A stretch of 62,818 bases of DNA, counting the filler, from Sphacelaria rigidula (Eukaryota), in the NCBI GenBank assembly GCA_964200075.2. It is 9 parts of 9 records of this genome, joined end to end, with 100 filler letters (N's around TTAATTAATTAA, not from the genome) between each part and the next. Parts side by side here need not be neighbours in the genome. Positions count along the whole stretch, not along the records: positions 48,939 to 55,828 come from CAXNAA020017560.1; positions 55,929 to 62,818 come from CAXNAA020017561.1; 7 more parts are not named here. One strand, given 5' to 3'. The notes beneath the pieces are model-generated. The model saw only the letters and a list, made by a program, of their open reading frames with translations, had not been told where the DNA came from and made no database searches. Each line of letters starts with the position of its first letter. Positions within the stretch are counted from its first letter, which is position 1. Shown here piece by piece: positions 49,330 to 62,192 of the stretch. The translations under genes and the position numbers were made by a program.

Positions 49330-51173
49330 GTTGTTGTCTTCTCTCTCTCCCTCCGAGCGTCCCTTCACATTGCCCCCATTATCTTTGGGTATCACCATCA
49401 ACAACATTACAAGAAACATTTGGACAGTGTGAACTCGTCCTGTCCCCAGCTATGTACGTCAACCCTTCGGCCTCAACCGTGAGCAATATGGGTCCCGTTC
49501 GTATTTCGAGCCAAATCACGCCAATCAATTCAGTATATGCAAACACAACACCGAAGCTTCATGGCAGCGCAGGGATGATGCACAGACGGCAGGCCGGTAA
49601 AGGTGGACTCTGCATAACCGATAGACAGAAGAGCACAAGACAGTCACAATGGTGTTGTTTATTCCAGTCACACCAGGCTCTCCAACGTTGGTCCCCGGAG
49701 CCGCTGTATACATACGTGACAGCGTTTTGCTGTTCATATCCTCTCGGAGTGTATTACACACGGACATACTTTGACGACCCGAAAAAAGTTACTCCGGCTC
49801 ATATCTCTCCTGCATTCTTGCTTCCCCCGTTCCGTCCTGTGTTTCTGTTCCTATTTGCTCTTGTCGGGGACGGGTGTTTATTGGGGAGAGGCCATCGAGA
49901 GGCCAGCTAATTCAGAGACGATCTCGTCGACGACGAATGTGATTTGAGCGCTGCTTCTTGCGTTGTGTGCTTCAAATGACAATGCATGTTGTGATGACCT
50001 CGCTTTCCGGGAACGTCCCACGCTCGGCGCATCAGACGTCAAAAAAGCATTTTTTTTGCAGAGTTTCAGGGAACGCTAGAAGAGTTGAGAAAGAAGGGGC
50101 TCATCTTGCAGTGCGTGTCAGGGGTGTGGACGTGTATGTGGCGCATGAACAGGGGGGGCGTGATTTGAACGCACGGTTTGCTCGTTCTAATGATGTGGTG
50201 TTTGATCAAGTGTATCCACATGGAAGACAGGAAACGAGAATGAGTCGTCCACGGTCGACAACACTGCGTCGAGCAGCCTGACAAAATTCGGGGGCTACCA
50301 CTCCCGCGATTCGCACCCCTAACTGTGCTCTTTGCACAACCTTTTACAATTTTCTGTGTTTTACTTAGGCTTTCGTGTACCTACATTGACAATGTACCCT
50401 CCTCCTGTCTGCAGGTGATTTCATGTTGCTGTAGGGACGGGGGTACGGTGCACATCGCGGTACCGATAGACTCAACTTAACTAACGAACAGAAACACATA
50501 GTATGATCGTCATGATGCTGTCTGTTCCGATACACGCCACTCTCTTTACCTCGGCGTTTTTTGTGCCTCTCTGGTTACACGGAGCGGTAGCTCTTTTCCC
50601 TTTATACTCGGTAGGTGTACATCATACATACATGGGTGAGAAGTAAGCGAGCATGAAATTTGAGCTTTGAAATAGTCAACACAGGGCACTTTCATACGTT
50701 CGAGCTCGCAGTGGGGAGTCACGCAGACTCGACCACGCGACAGGTTGTAGGAGATGGGAGAGAGAGCGACATCATGTTACTGTTGTACTACTGACTGTAT
50801 TCTGCGTTGGTTGTGCTGGCTCCGATTGACAGTGTGATCCAAGTCGCCACGGTCGGGGTGGTCATGCGGCACAGGCAAGCCGCACGTGTTTTGCCACTAT
50901 CCGAGGGTGCAGATGATGCACCCGGGTGCACATCTACTTTTTTGGGCCGCCGCAAGCCACAAGAGAAAAATAATTCCGTGGTTGATGATCGAGGCGCAGT
51001 TCAATTCGATAGTGAAAACGTGTATAAAATAGCGCTGCGATAAGGATCATTTGTGACTTGGCTAATAGTATGGTAAATCCTGACACCGGCCGACTCGATT
51101 GCAGTGTAGGAGTGGGGTGACATTACGCCAATACGAAGAAGAAGAAGAAGAATGGGAATATGATAAGACCAAT

Positions 51174-51510
51174 AGCCTAGAAAAGGTCTACCTTCTCGTT
51201 TTTTGCCCAAGAATGGCACGAAAAATGGTCAGAAACGCGAAGACAGCCAAACACGCTATTTTGACCGTTTTCGCTCCGGATTTTTCACGCACATTATTCG
51301 GGGGGGGCATTGGCACCCGAGCCTCGAAGAAACACAGGGAAAAAACACGTCCCTCGAGAGATATGGCCACGCGAAAACGGACGTGTCGCGTCTAGAAACC
51401 GCTTAACTTTTCTAGGCCAAATTTCGCCCAGGAATACTTGATCTAGGAATTATTTTCAACCGTCCCTTATCTGGGCCACCGATCGACCGAGAACGTACCT
51501 TTGCTAGGCC
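51174..51510. mobile_element. Probable MITE
   Basis: Imperfect TIR GCCTAGAAAAGGTCTACCTTCTCG / CGAGAACGTACCTTTGCTAGGC. Confidence 0.55.
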
Positions 51511-52148
51511 ATCGCCCTCTACAATGTACCTAGTGCGGCACATCACGCGCAAGGGAGTCTACGCGCCAACTCCAACCATGGCACCCACACATTCGGCTCT
51601 TTACCCGCTCATTTGCCGTTCACGGACGCCACAACGACCACGCCCTTTCTCCCCGGAAATGGTTCCCGAGTCTCTCCGCTCTTACTGTTCTGTGCTTATC
51701 TCTATATGCATGATGACCAGCGCTGTATCCGTTGCTTGAACCAACCATCGATGATGCGATGACCGCCCGTTGGTGGCGGAAGAGCCTAGCTTGATCCTGA
51801 CACCAGCCCCGAGATCGCAACAGTACAACAGTGTTCCACCACCCAGCGGATCACAAAAGACCGACGCGCTGGAAGATGTGAGTCTAGTTATTGTGTCGAT
51901 GCCTAACCCTGACCCCAACCCAATGCAAACCGAGAACCCTCGGGCGAGGGCGGTACATAGCACTCCCTTGGCAAAGTGCGGCCTTGGTAGACACCAAATC
52001 GGCGCTTATGGCGCCGATTTCAACGAAAACGCGTTTCGCGCATGCGAGGAGCACACGGGACTGTCAGCCCTACTAAAGATCCGATTTTCGGGGGTACAAA
52101 CTCAAATCAAGTAGTATCAACCATGAACATTTGTAGCTCAACGATTAG

Positions 52149-52347
52149 CCCTTTGACCGCGACCGTAGGTCACCTGCTGAATCGGCATCAATTTCTCTTG
52201 AAAACAGTGTTGTGATCGAGATGAACTACCCGCATCACGGTCCAATGGTTAGCCGTTAGATGGCGACAATAGGTCATCTGTTGAATCGGCATTAAATTCA
52301 CTTGAAAAGAGAATGCATGATCATGAACTACCCTTGCGGTCTGAGGG
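52149..52347. mobile_element. Head-to-tail dimer of the ~98-bp piggyBac-like MITE
   Basis: TTAG-[copy]-TTAG-[copy]-TTAA; both copies share TG(C/T)TGAATCGGCAT with 25885-25982. Confidence 0.7.
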
Positions 52348-53169
52348 TTAACACAACAATCACGTCTATCGACACAATAACGGGATTCACAACGAAGCAT
52401 GTTAGCCTTTATCATGCCGCCTCAGACCCGTAGACAGGTCTAGCTAGATTATATGGTATTTCATTGCAGGTCTCTTCAGAGTTGGCCAGATACGAGTATG
52501 AACTCGTATATAGCGAGGGATGATAGTCGTGAGATCGCCCTTGGTGAGCACACCGCTTCATCCCGACAAGGAAACTCTCACATCTCCGGTGAGACTGACT
52601 GCCGGAGAGAGAGAGAGATATTGAGCGCTGAGAAGTACTTAGGAGACTAAGGGATAAAACAATCAAGAAGTGATACTATCATAACCTGCGCGTGAGACTG
52701 ATTTGATACCTAGGACACAGAACATCAGCGTCGTACGCTGTAGAATTGTTCTTTGCCCCTCAGCTGGTGTGTTAGGCCTCTTGTCTGGTCCTCCTGCTCT
52801 GCAAGTAAGGCGTGTCTACCATACACCCGACATAACCCCATTTCACTGGCGTCGACTGCGGTTGCGGTTGTCGACTGTGGTTGTGCGGTCGACAGTTTGC
52901 GGTAACCGGAGTCCATCCGTCATCATCGGTGTCGTTGTCGTCGTCAGCGGAGGTGCCGGACTGAAACGCGTCCCGTAAGGCTTGCAAAAGGCTATGGGGG
53001 GCTCTGTTGTAGGTATTGGCACCATCATTGGGGCTCGTTCGGGCGTGTGCCACAAGCTGGGCGAGCGTCAGAGCATGCGGGTCTGCCACCGGAAGTTGCG
53101 TGCCTTAGTCCAGATATAGACCCAAGGTAACTAAGACCCGATGGTAGACAGTAGTCAACGCGGCCTTGG

Positions 53170-55790
53170 AGATTTGTGGGGGGTTATCCACCAAAAAGAC
53201 GGCGGAGAAATCTCGCATCCATCTAATCTCCGGTAACACGCGCTCCCGGTCTGCCGCCCGCACCACGCTCCCGAGTGCCCCGCCGCCACCGATCACAGCT
53301 ACAAATCCCACGAGCCACGCAGCGCCGGTGCAACGGACCAGTAAGCAACGCTCCGCGAAAAATACTGCAACATCCACCACGCGCCGCAAAGAATCTTTGC
53401 CGCGCACTGCTACAACACCGCCGCCCACAACGGCGCTGCCTCCAACTACCGCTCCTGGGCATAGAGCCGAGAGCTCAGCTCATGCTCCCGGGGCAGATAT
53501 TGACGTCGGCATTTCTGCCCCGTCGCCTATTCCCCCGCTGCCAACCCACCATGTTTAGTCGGCTCTCCAGCGGAAGGTCAACTACGCGAGTTTCTCGCCA
53601 GCTACTCTCACTGAGATTGGGCCCGCGGACAGAACGCGGAACCCTTATGTCGCGCAGCCATCGGGTACTTACAGCTTGACTGCCCAGTCCCTTTTCCATC
53701 CGCCATTCTGGCCTCGGTTGGCACACTGCCACCCCCAGATATCTCTGACGTATACGAACTCGTGGACAAAGGCATCATTTTTACTACGGATGAAGGCGTA
53801 CAACTCACTACTCGTGCGCCGCCTCACGCCTTTGACGGGCGCAATTTCCGTTGCAACACCGGACAGTCACGCACGACTACTCGATGACGAACCAACGCGC
53901 ATATATGTCCCATTATCAATGCGCCCCTGGGTCATGAAAGGCTGTCACACGGATTTGTCATGTCACCTTGGTGTCATTCGCACCTTAGCGCTCCTGGAAC
54001 GCTCCTACTGGTGGGTTGGCATGGAAATTTCCACCCGTTTCTAGATTCGGCGATGCTTCAAATGTCAAACTCAAAAAACTTCACGACAGACAGTACGCTG
54101 GCCCATCATCTCTATGAGACTCCCCAACGCTCCGGGCCACCTTGTGTATTTTGACTACTTCGGTCCTCTACCGACCACAGGTCGCGGCAACACCTACATC
54201 TTACTCTTCACTGGCCGTTTCAGCCGCCACGCGTCCATGTACGCGGTAACCGCCGCAGATAAATTTCACTGCCGCCGGAACGGCCGATATATTGGTCCAA
54301 GACTATATGAAGCACTACGGTTGCCCGAAACGATTCCTTTCAGACAATGGTCAGCAATTTTGCTCACATCTCTCTGATGAGCTTTACAAGCTCCTGGGCA
54401 TCCGCAAAATTGCCACGAGCGCCTACCACCCGAACGGTAACGGTGGTACCGAAAGAGTGAATCACACCATGGCTCAGATGCAATCTATGGTTGTCAATGA
54501 CCGCCAAAATGACTGGGACCTACATCTCTCGCACATCATGTTGTCCTACAACAACTCGGTTAACGCCACCACAGGCCTTTCCCCGAACTAACTCCATCTT
54601 GGGCGCTACCCTCGGCTGCCCATCATCGTGTTTGAGCGACACACATTCGATGGCCACCAAGGATTGGATCAGGATCAGATATCCTATCACGAGCTGGCAC
54701 ATTCACGACAATGCAAAGCGTTTACCCTCGTGCGCGAGCAACATGCTATCAATGCCTCGCGCCTTGAGAGATCTAACACTGCTCTCTACAACCTCATGCA
54801 CAAACGCCCCAACTGGAAAGTTGGTGATTGGGTTCGGATCTACAACAGTTTGTCGACCATCATCCAAGGCACCAGCAAGGCAGCCAACGGAATAATTTTG
54901 AAGACAAACTTGCCCCTCAATTGGACAGGACCATTCAAGATCCTGGCAGTCGGACCATCGCCATCATCACCCGATGATAAACCCGTTGGTGACAACCTGC
55001 TCTATCTCGACCTGCCTCGCGACCTCCCGCGCACGGACACCAAACCCCGCGTGTCCGTGCACAGATACAAACCCTGCAGGAACCCGCATGATACTAGCGA
55101 CATGCCCAAGTGCTTGCCTGCCGGACTCACTCAGTATGTTCTCAACAGCTACTCGACCAAGTCCCCGCCCTATCATGTTACCACGGACGACGCGATGGAA
55201 CAGCCCCTCCGCCTGACCGTGTCCACCATCTCCGGCCACCAGATCACTCGCGGTCGAGGTGGCACAATTGCTGTCATGTATAAGACACACTAGCAAGGTC
55301 TCCGGAGAGCGTCTTGGGAACGCGAATCCGACCTTCAATTGCACCGCCGTGCAATCCTCCTGTACTGGACACAATCCCAACACCAGCATCTTGCTCACAA
55401 CAAGAAATATCGCGGCATGCGTCGTGGTGCAGCAGCCCGCGAACTTCATCGAGATCAAGGACTACGCTTTGTCGCCGATGGCTACGAACTTGTACCCACC
55501 AAGATCTGTGAGGCGAAGTTCTTCGCAAACCAGCGAATACTGCCCAAGGGCTGCTACCTTTGGTTCGAAGGCAGCGACAACCTCTGGTGGTTGGGTCAGA
55601 CCCACTCAGCTGACCTGGTTTCTGCCGACACGTATATCGTGCGCTTCATCGATGACCCTGAAACCATCCAGCTCAAGCTTCGGCCAGCACGGTACACCAT
55701 CAACCCATCTGCCCCACGCGGATCCTGATGCCTTCAGCGGCTCAAGTCAAAAGGACTTCGCCGTGGTATCCAGCGCAAGATCGATCACAC
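53170..55790 (+). mobile_element. Decayed Ty3/Gypsy LTR-retrotransposon pol 3' region (integrase + chromodomain)
   Basis: HHCC finger (HTDLSCHLG...YWW...RRCFKCQ), core DYFGPLP, SDNGQQF and YHPNGNGGTERVNHT, WTGPFKI, chromodomain-like ISGHQITRGRGGTIAVMYKTH*QGLRRASWERESDL; frameshifts and in-frame stops. Confidence 0.93.
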
Positions 55791-56493
55791 CCACGACGTC
55801 CACGCACCGCTTTGAACCACGCCCCTTCNNNNNNNNNNNNNNNNNNNNNNNNNNNNNNNNNNNNNNNNNNNNTTAATTAATTAANNNNNNNNNNNNNNNN
55901 NNNNNNNNNNNNNNNNNNNNNNNNNNNNCTTGCATTTGGATGACAGCCAACAATGAGTTGTTTTATTCTGCGGTTTCGCCACGTCCAGAGACAGCCACGG
56001 GGGGGAGGGGGGGGAGGGTAGATGTAATGGCACCAAGAGTAAAAACCACCTCCTTCCTTATTATCTCTATTTTCGTGTACGTCAATAGTTATAGTCTACA
56101 GTGGTCCTTGCAGGTATAGTCCAATCACAGCTTCACCGCCAAGGGGGCAACATTGGACGATTTGAAAGGGAATGCAAGGAATCATCCACCCACTCAAAAT
56201 CATGCAAATGGCCACTCCACTGAGCTGAGGCTTGTCGGCCGACTTGAACATTTCCTGGCAACGCACATATCTCATCTCGCAAGCTTCCTCCGACGATCTG
56301 TAAAGTTGTCCCCCCCCCTCCTTGTGCTCCGTCTCGAAAGGGATACATGGTCAATGGTCAAACGACTAAGGCGAGCAACAAATGATTACGTCCCCCTCAC
56401 CGTCCTACCTAGAAAAAGACCTCCCTGTACCGATGAAAACCCCCGGACTGCGAGCCGATGATACTGTTCCGAGGCGAATCTAGCGGCCTCAGG

Positions 56494-56535
<42 letters not shown>

Positions 56536-56821
56536 TCCCCCCCCACACACCCCCCCCNNNNNNNNNNCCCCCGAAAAACCCCCCGCCCCGGCGCCCAGAT
56601 TACTCCTCCCGGGGCAAACTTCCGCGCCCCAGGGCCCCCCCCCCCCCCCCTCCCTGATCTCCACAAGATGTGTTCCTCACAGAAAATGTCTGGCCAGCTA
56701 CCATCGAAAACGGTACGAAATACACAACCCTAAAATTTCTCATCACTTCCTCGTTTTCTCTCCGCATTTCTGTCGCCATTCATGGTTCGACCATTGTTTC
56801 TGTTTGTCGCGTTTTGTTCAG

Positions 56822-58960
56822 GTATAGCCCCGTTCACCCGTATGAGTGGATTGCAGATCCAAGGCACCCCTGGTCGGCGTATAACGATACCGCTCCTGGC
56901 AGGACAGGGCCGTTTTATTGGCAGGAGGATCGTCAGGTATGCTGAAGCCCCCTCCAGAGTGGTGCCACGGTAGGTGTCCACAAATATTTATTGAGGTTAG
57001 ACTTGTTGGGAGCCCTCTACCTCATCAAAAAAATGACTTATGAAGTATCTGAGAGGACGCCACGACTAGCATTCTGATGGGCTAGGGATATCCCGAACAA
57101 GTTTGAAAACGGGAATGTGCCGACCCTATACTCTTGTGTAGCTCCTCACTTTAGGAGCCCCTGGATGGGAAAGATCTTGGCCCAAATGTGCAACCCCTGC
57201 CGTAGCATAACTCTCCAAACGGTATCATTTTTTTTTTTTCATGACTACTGAATAGCACAACTCGGGTACCGGCTGAGATCGCAGAAATAGAATTCTCAGG
57301 CAACGTACGTGTGTTTTGTATCCGGTTTCACAGAGAATTATGGCTCACCCGTGTTCATACGTCGAGTAAGTGCGAGCTGGGCCAGTCACGAAACACGCAT
57401 ACCTTCGGCACACGACCATTTTTATTCCAGTTTCCCGAATTTATCCCATGTAAGCACATCACTGCGAGCTGCAGAACAACCTGCTGATGCACGCTCTGCC
57501 GCTGAGAAGAAAAATAAGGGGAAAATGTGCTGCGTAGTACGTGACCTCACCGATGGGAGTTTATTCTGCAGGAAAAAAGTATCTGTCGAGATTCGAAATT
57601 CGTGACCTTCCGCCCTTGTGGAGGTCTCCCATATTTGTTAAACAACGGGGCGCAGCGGTGTCACACAATAACGTGGAATGCCGGTGCCCAAGTTTATGAG
57701 TTTATGAGTCGAAGTGTTTCAAGAAACTTCTGCGCGAGCAAGTTGAAGAATCTTCACGGAAGGTACCAGCGTTGTTTTGCCGTTTCACCGACTTAGGACA
57801 TTTTTTTGTCGAGAATTTTGAAATCATTGCAATTTTCCTTCCTCTTTTTTCTTGTTAATTTCCGCTAGTTTCCGCGTATTGATGACATGAATCTCGCGTA
57901 AAATTTTTAACTCCTGGCTTCTGAAATTACGAAGGGCAAAACTGTTCAACCGCAACTAGGAAACCTTGGCTGGCGCAGCTTGTAGTGTATCCAGGCGATC
58001 ATATTCTGTTACCATGTTGTCTTTTCAATTCCATTTTTTGGCATGATCGTGACGGGGTTGACGTCGAGCTGGAAGAATCGAAAATACTTGAAACACTTAG
58101 AAAAAACACAACGGAAAACTCCATCGCTGGAGAAGAAGCAAAATTAGTTTCTTTTTTCCAGTTCCGGACGAGAACGACAAAAGAGGGGATAGTTGTATAA
58201 CTGGGGGGCGGAACACGTTCGAGAAGTCCCGTCGTTTTGTACAAAACGCCTGAAAAAATAACGCAGCAACGTGGCACGCTGTACCAATATTTTGTCATTT
58301 TTTTATTGTTTCAACCTCGGAGCCCCTCTTTTTCGAGTGTTATTTTTTTGTGAAAACCACCTAAGATACATTACGTTGCAAGCACTACAGTACACAGAAA
58401 GCAGCCGAACAACTAGACCACGGAAATAGCACTGACCCTCCACAATTTTAACGGTTTAAGCAAGAGCACAATTTAATCAATTCGACGGGAGAATCAGCGG
58501 TGATCAATTGGTCTAATCATCATGTATGTAGTATGTAGACCCGATTTCCTTTTACAAATATCTGCTTGTTCTATCTTTTCATGTGTTATCTTTGGTGTTC
58601 TTCAGCGAGTGTTTCAGTTTTTTTATTTTTTTATTCTATTTGTTTTGTCTCGATTACGTCTATCCTTTGACCACGACTCGATCCCTGGTGAGGTGATGAG
58701 TCAAGATGCGACAATCAACCAATACAAAAACGAATAAAAATATATCGAACACGAGAAGACGAGTTCCTCGTTTGCTTTGCAACACGCCTCCCCCCTCGTT
58801 CTGCGTCGGAATCGCCAAAAAGGTGGCGATGGTGGAGTACCATAACGTCACAGAGGGTCGATACGTGTGCGCCAACAACGGCAACTGCACATCTCCAGGA
58901 GTTTGCGAGTGTGCAGCGGGATGGTCAGGCTTTGACTGCCGGACGCCTATCTGCTCGCAG
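56822..58960 (+). CDS. Cys-rich EGF-like-repeat protein, two internal exons
   Basis: Exon 56822-56936 (YSPVHPYEW...FYWQEDRQ|gtatg) joins in phase 0 to 58823-58960 (VAMVEYHNVTEGRYVCANNGNCTSPGVCECAAGWSGFDCRTPICSQ|gtggg); EGF C-x-C-xx-GW-x-G-xx-C pattern. Confidence 0.78.
57373..57982. mobile_element. Non-autonomous Tc1/mariner-like element (TIRs as at 12043-13225)
   Basis: CGAGCTGGGCCAGTCA ... TGGCTGGCGCAGCTTG, followed by TA. Confidence 0.5.
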
Positions 58961-59153
58961 GTGGGTGTGGTCTCAGTACGATGACGTCACGTTTTGCGTG
59001 CTGTCTGTGGTACGTCCACGGTCGGCTTAGCCCCGGGGTTGGATTTTCCCCTTGGTCGTTCTTGGTCGATTTCTCTGTAAGGAACGTAGAAGAGCACACC
59101 GCGGTGACCCGGTGTAGACGCGCCAGGCCAGAATAAGCACAGTGGATAATAAC

Positions 59154-60840
59154 TAGAGGTGGGCATCTGTAAAGAAGAAACCGGTTATAAGCGGTTCTTG
59201 GAAACCCCAATAGGCGTTAACCGGTTACGGTTCTGAAAAAAAAGGGAGATTTTTTTGCCGGTTAAACTGGTTTTGCGGTGAACCGGTTTAACCGGCAAAA
59301 GGAGGCAGCACTATGACGGTTAAACCGGTTTTTCCGGTGAACCGGTTCAACCGGTTCAATTGCAAAGTTTCAAGTTGGTAGCAAAAGCGTGACATACGAC
59401 ACGTCACACGCTACACGTTACACTACACGCCTGACTCTACACAGAGAGTCAGACTGCGCGTTTTTTACGCACAATGAGCAGGCGTGAACTTCTGTTTTCT
59501 CTAAAGATCTGCTTTAGTTTCCTCACGGAGGATACGATAATGATGTTAGTGTTTCTTCCTGACAAAAGTTGATACGATGTCTTGTCGTCTATCGCTCTTG
59601 TATGATTATTGCGTCATCGTTCATTCTGTAGGGCGAAATTGCCCAGGGAGAGGGTGTGTTTGCGTGGTTTGGCGTGGTTTGCAGCGCGTCTAGTGTGGGC
59701 TTTCCGTTGTCCGCTGTTTTGTTGTTTTCGCTTTTTCCATACAAAGTTGAGGAATGGCATGACCTGTGCTCCTCCCTCGTATTGTTGGGCATTGGGTTGC
59801 AGGGGCGGGCGGGGTGTGGGGTGCATACAGTACTGGGCGCCTGAACTGTTCAGGGTTGTTTTGGGGGTATTCTCGCGTACTACTCTCCGATAGAGCTCCA
59901 AAGTACTAGCGTCGGTAGATTTTGGTGAATTAAGCAGATGATCCTTAGAAAACAGTGCCCAAGTTAGTGTTACTTGGTGTTATCGGGAGATACGAGCAGA
60001 TAACCCGTTTACAAGGAGGGTGTTATTGACCGCGGAACACAGTCATTCGGCTCTGGTGCAGTGAGTAGGTAGATCTTAAAAAAAATAAGACTGTACATTT
60101 TTTCACAACAACGATCGGGACAGGCTCGCTCGACCGAAAATTCCAAAGAGTCAGAATCTATGCTGAAAAATTTCAGGACCCCCGATGACCGGTCAGTGCG
60201 GGAGTCACTCAATGTTGAGTACAGATGATTTTTGTTTGCATTGAATGTGGAGCGGATATAAGTGTTTTCAGATCCCCAATGTCATAGGCGGTGACAAGCG
60301 AAAGAGCCTATTGATAAGAAAATCGCCAATGACGAAGAATTTAGAAAAATAACGGTTCAGGTGCCTACTACTATCTACTATTCCGGAGTATAGTTTTTAT
60401 TTCGACTTTCGACACCCTGTGTTGGCTAGGGTTAGATACCAGATTTGAACAGCAGCTCTTCAAGTAAGCACCAACACCACTTCCTATCACGTAATAAAAT
60501 ATTTGTCACCAGTCACCAGCCACTGTGCTGTAAAGTTCGACAGGTGTTGCACGGGTGCGAAGTGCGGAGATGTAAGATTGAACCTTGCCGTCACCGGTAA
60601 TGGGTGCGTTTGAGCGTATCCATCACCCACCACACACGAAACATAGGACAAGAACGCCTATTTCACTTGCGCTTCAATGATTTGGAGGCGTTTTCCCTCG
60701 CTTATCAGGTTCAACCGGTTTTCCGGTGAACCGGTTAAACTGGCTGAAAAAAGACGGCTTACCCGTTTTTTTGTTTGAAAATAACGCCTCTTATCCGGTA
60801 ACCGTTTTTTATTCATTTTGGTATCCGGTGCCCATAGCAG
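59154..60840. mobile_element. Possible hAT-like derivative with AACCGG subterminal repeats
   Basis: Clusters of AACCGG/CCGGTT at ~59180-59360 and ~60710-60830; weak terminal match TGGGCA / TGCCCA. Confidence 0.45.
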
Positions 60841-60973
60841 CGTTGATTGCAAGGATGGTAACCCTGGGGCGACACAGGGAATTCGATCTAAACGCTCAAC
60901 AGGCATCTCAATGGCCACTGAGATTAACTTTTGTTCAGTTATCCCAATCACCTCAGGCAGCGCCAAAAAAACC

Positions 60974-61575
60974 GGTCGTCACGGTGGCTCAGTTGGTAAC
61001 TTCGAAGCCCTCTGACGGTTGCAAGCGTCGGACGAATTAATGATTCGTCTGGAAATTTCTTGATTTCAGTGTCAATTATTCGTACCGGACGAATCAATCC
61101 TTGGGCTTTGATTCCAGCGTTGCAACCTGGGTAGGCGCGGCCCGGGGACGTGGAAGGGCGCAAAAGTTGCTCGGAGATCTTATTGACAAGCGGTCACCGT
61201 TTTGCTCTCTTTCGAGCAATTGCGCCTTAAGAATCGTAGATGTAGTGATTCGAATTCGTCCGAAACGTGGACGGTTGGGTCGTGGGCTCGAATCTCGAAC
61301 TCAAACAATGACCAACAGTGGAGAGCGACGATGTCGTGGGTACACAAAATTTAACCCAATGATCGACGAGGGAAAGAAAGTGCTGAACCCCTCTCGCGTA
61401 AAAAAAAAAAGAGGCAAGTACCGCAGAAGGAAAGGGGAGAACTGAAACAAACAAAAAGAGGAAACAACTCCTGTGTTGGCCTTCCTCCTGTGTGACCCCG
61501 ACTGATGCACCCGCTTGTACCGAAATGTGTAGACCGGCGTCCAGAATAGATGGGACGACAGCACACACACACACA
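60974..61575 (+). mobile_element. tRNA-derived SINE interrupted by a hAT-like MITE
   Basis: A box TGGCTCAGTTGG; B box-like GCTCGAATC after the insertion; (CA)n tail. Confidence 0.8.
61022..61269. mobile_element. hAT-like MITE
   Basis: Perfect 8-bp TSD GACGGTTG (61014-61021, 61270-61277); imperfect TIR with core TCGGACGAATT. Confidence 0.88.
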
Positions 61576-61852
61576 GCGCGGACTGGTTAACTCAGTGGTT
61601 GTCGTGACATCCTGACACATCCCTTGTGCTTCACGCCGTACTTTTCGTCTATGAATGAGAGATGCTACGGTACGGGTGTACAAATATTTTCTAAGGTTAG
61701 AATTGCTAGAAGCCTTTTCTCTCATCCAAAACACGACTTATGGAATTTGTGAGAATACGCCAGGATTACTATTCCATTGTGGGAGGGACATCCCGAACAA
61801 ATTTGCAAACGGGGATGCTCTGACCCTTATTCTTGTGCATGTAGAATTATTA

Positions 61853-62192
61853 CACACGCGGCCATTCGGCTACCCCCCGAAATTCTCTGTTCCGGTCAAC
61901 TTTTTCGAGCCTCCAGAGGAATTAAACGCGTCCAGAGGCTTGTTTTGCCTTTGGAGGGCCGCGAAACCCTCCGGAGGAATACGGAGGATGCGCGGCCCTC
62001 CAGAGCATCATCTTTGTTGTTACTCTCGAGGGATTCAGACCTCAGAAGTCACTGGAGCATCAGATGCCCTCCAGAGGATTCGTTTATGACCGCACCTGGG
62101 GGTGAAATACCCTCTAGAGGCTACTTTACCCCCGAGAGGATGAAAGTCGCGATATAGCATTTTTGGGGGGGTAGCCGAATGTGCCGCGTGTG
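61853..62192. mobile_element. Tc1/mariner-like MITE with TA TSD
   Basis: TA-CACACGCGGCCATTCGGCTACCCCCC ... GGGGGGGTAGCCGAATGTGCCGCGTGTG-TA; a homologous empty site lies near 57080-57165. Confidence 0.85.

Noticed and set aside
50062-50163. Possible terminal exon (EFQGTLEELRKKGLILQCVSGVW...)
   Set aside because: Good acceptor but no recognisable homology or partner exon.
52400-52850. LTR/PBS/PPT of the Gypsy element
   Set aside because: A possible boundary at ...CCCGACA/TAACCCCATTTCACTGG, but no second LTR to confirm it and the orientation is ambiguous.
56458-56733. Pro-rich ORFs
   Set aside because: Poly-C tract with an N gap; assembly noise.
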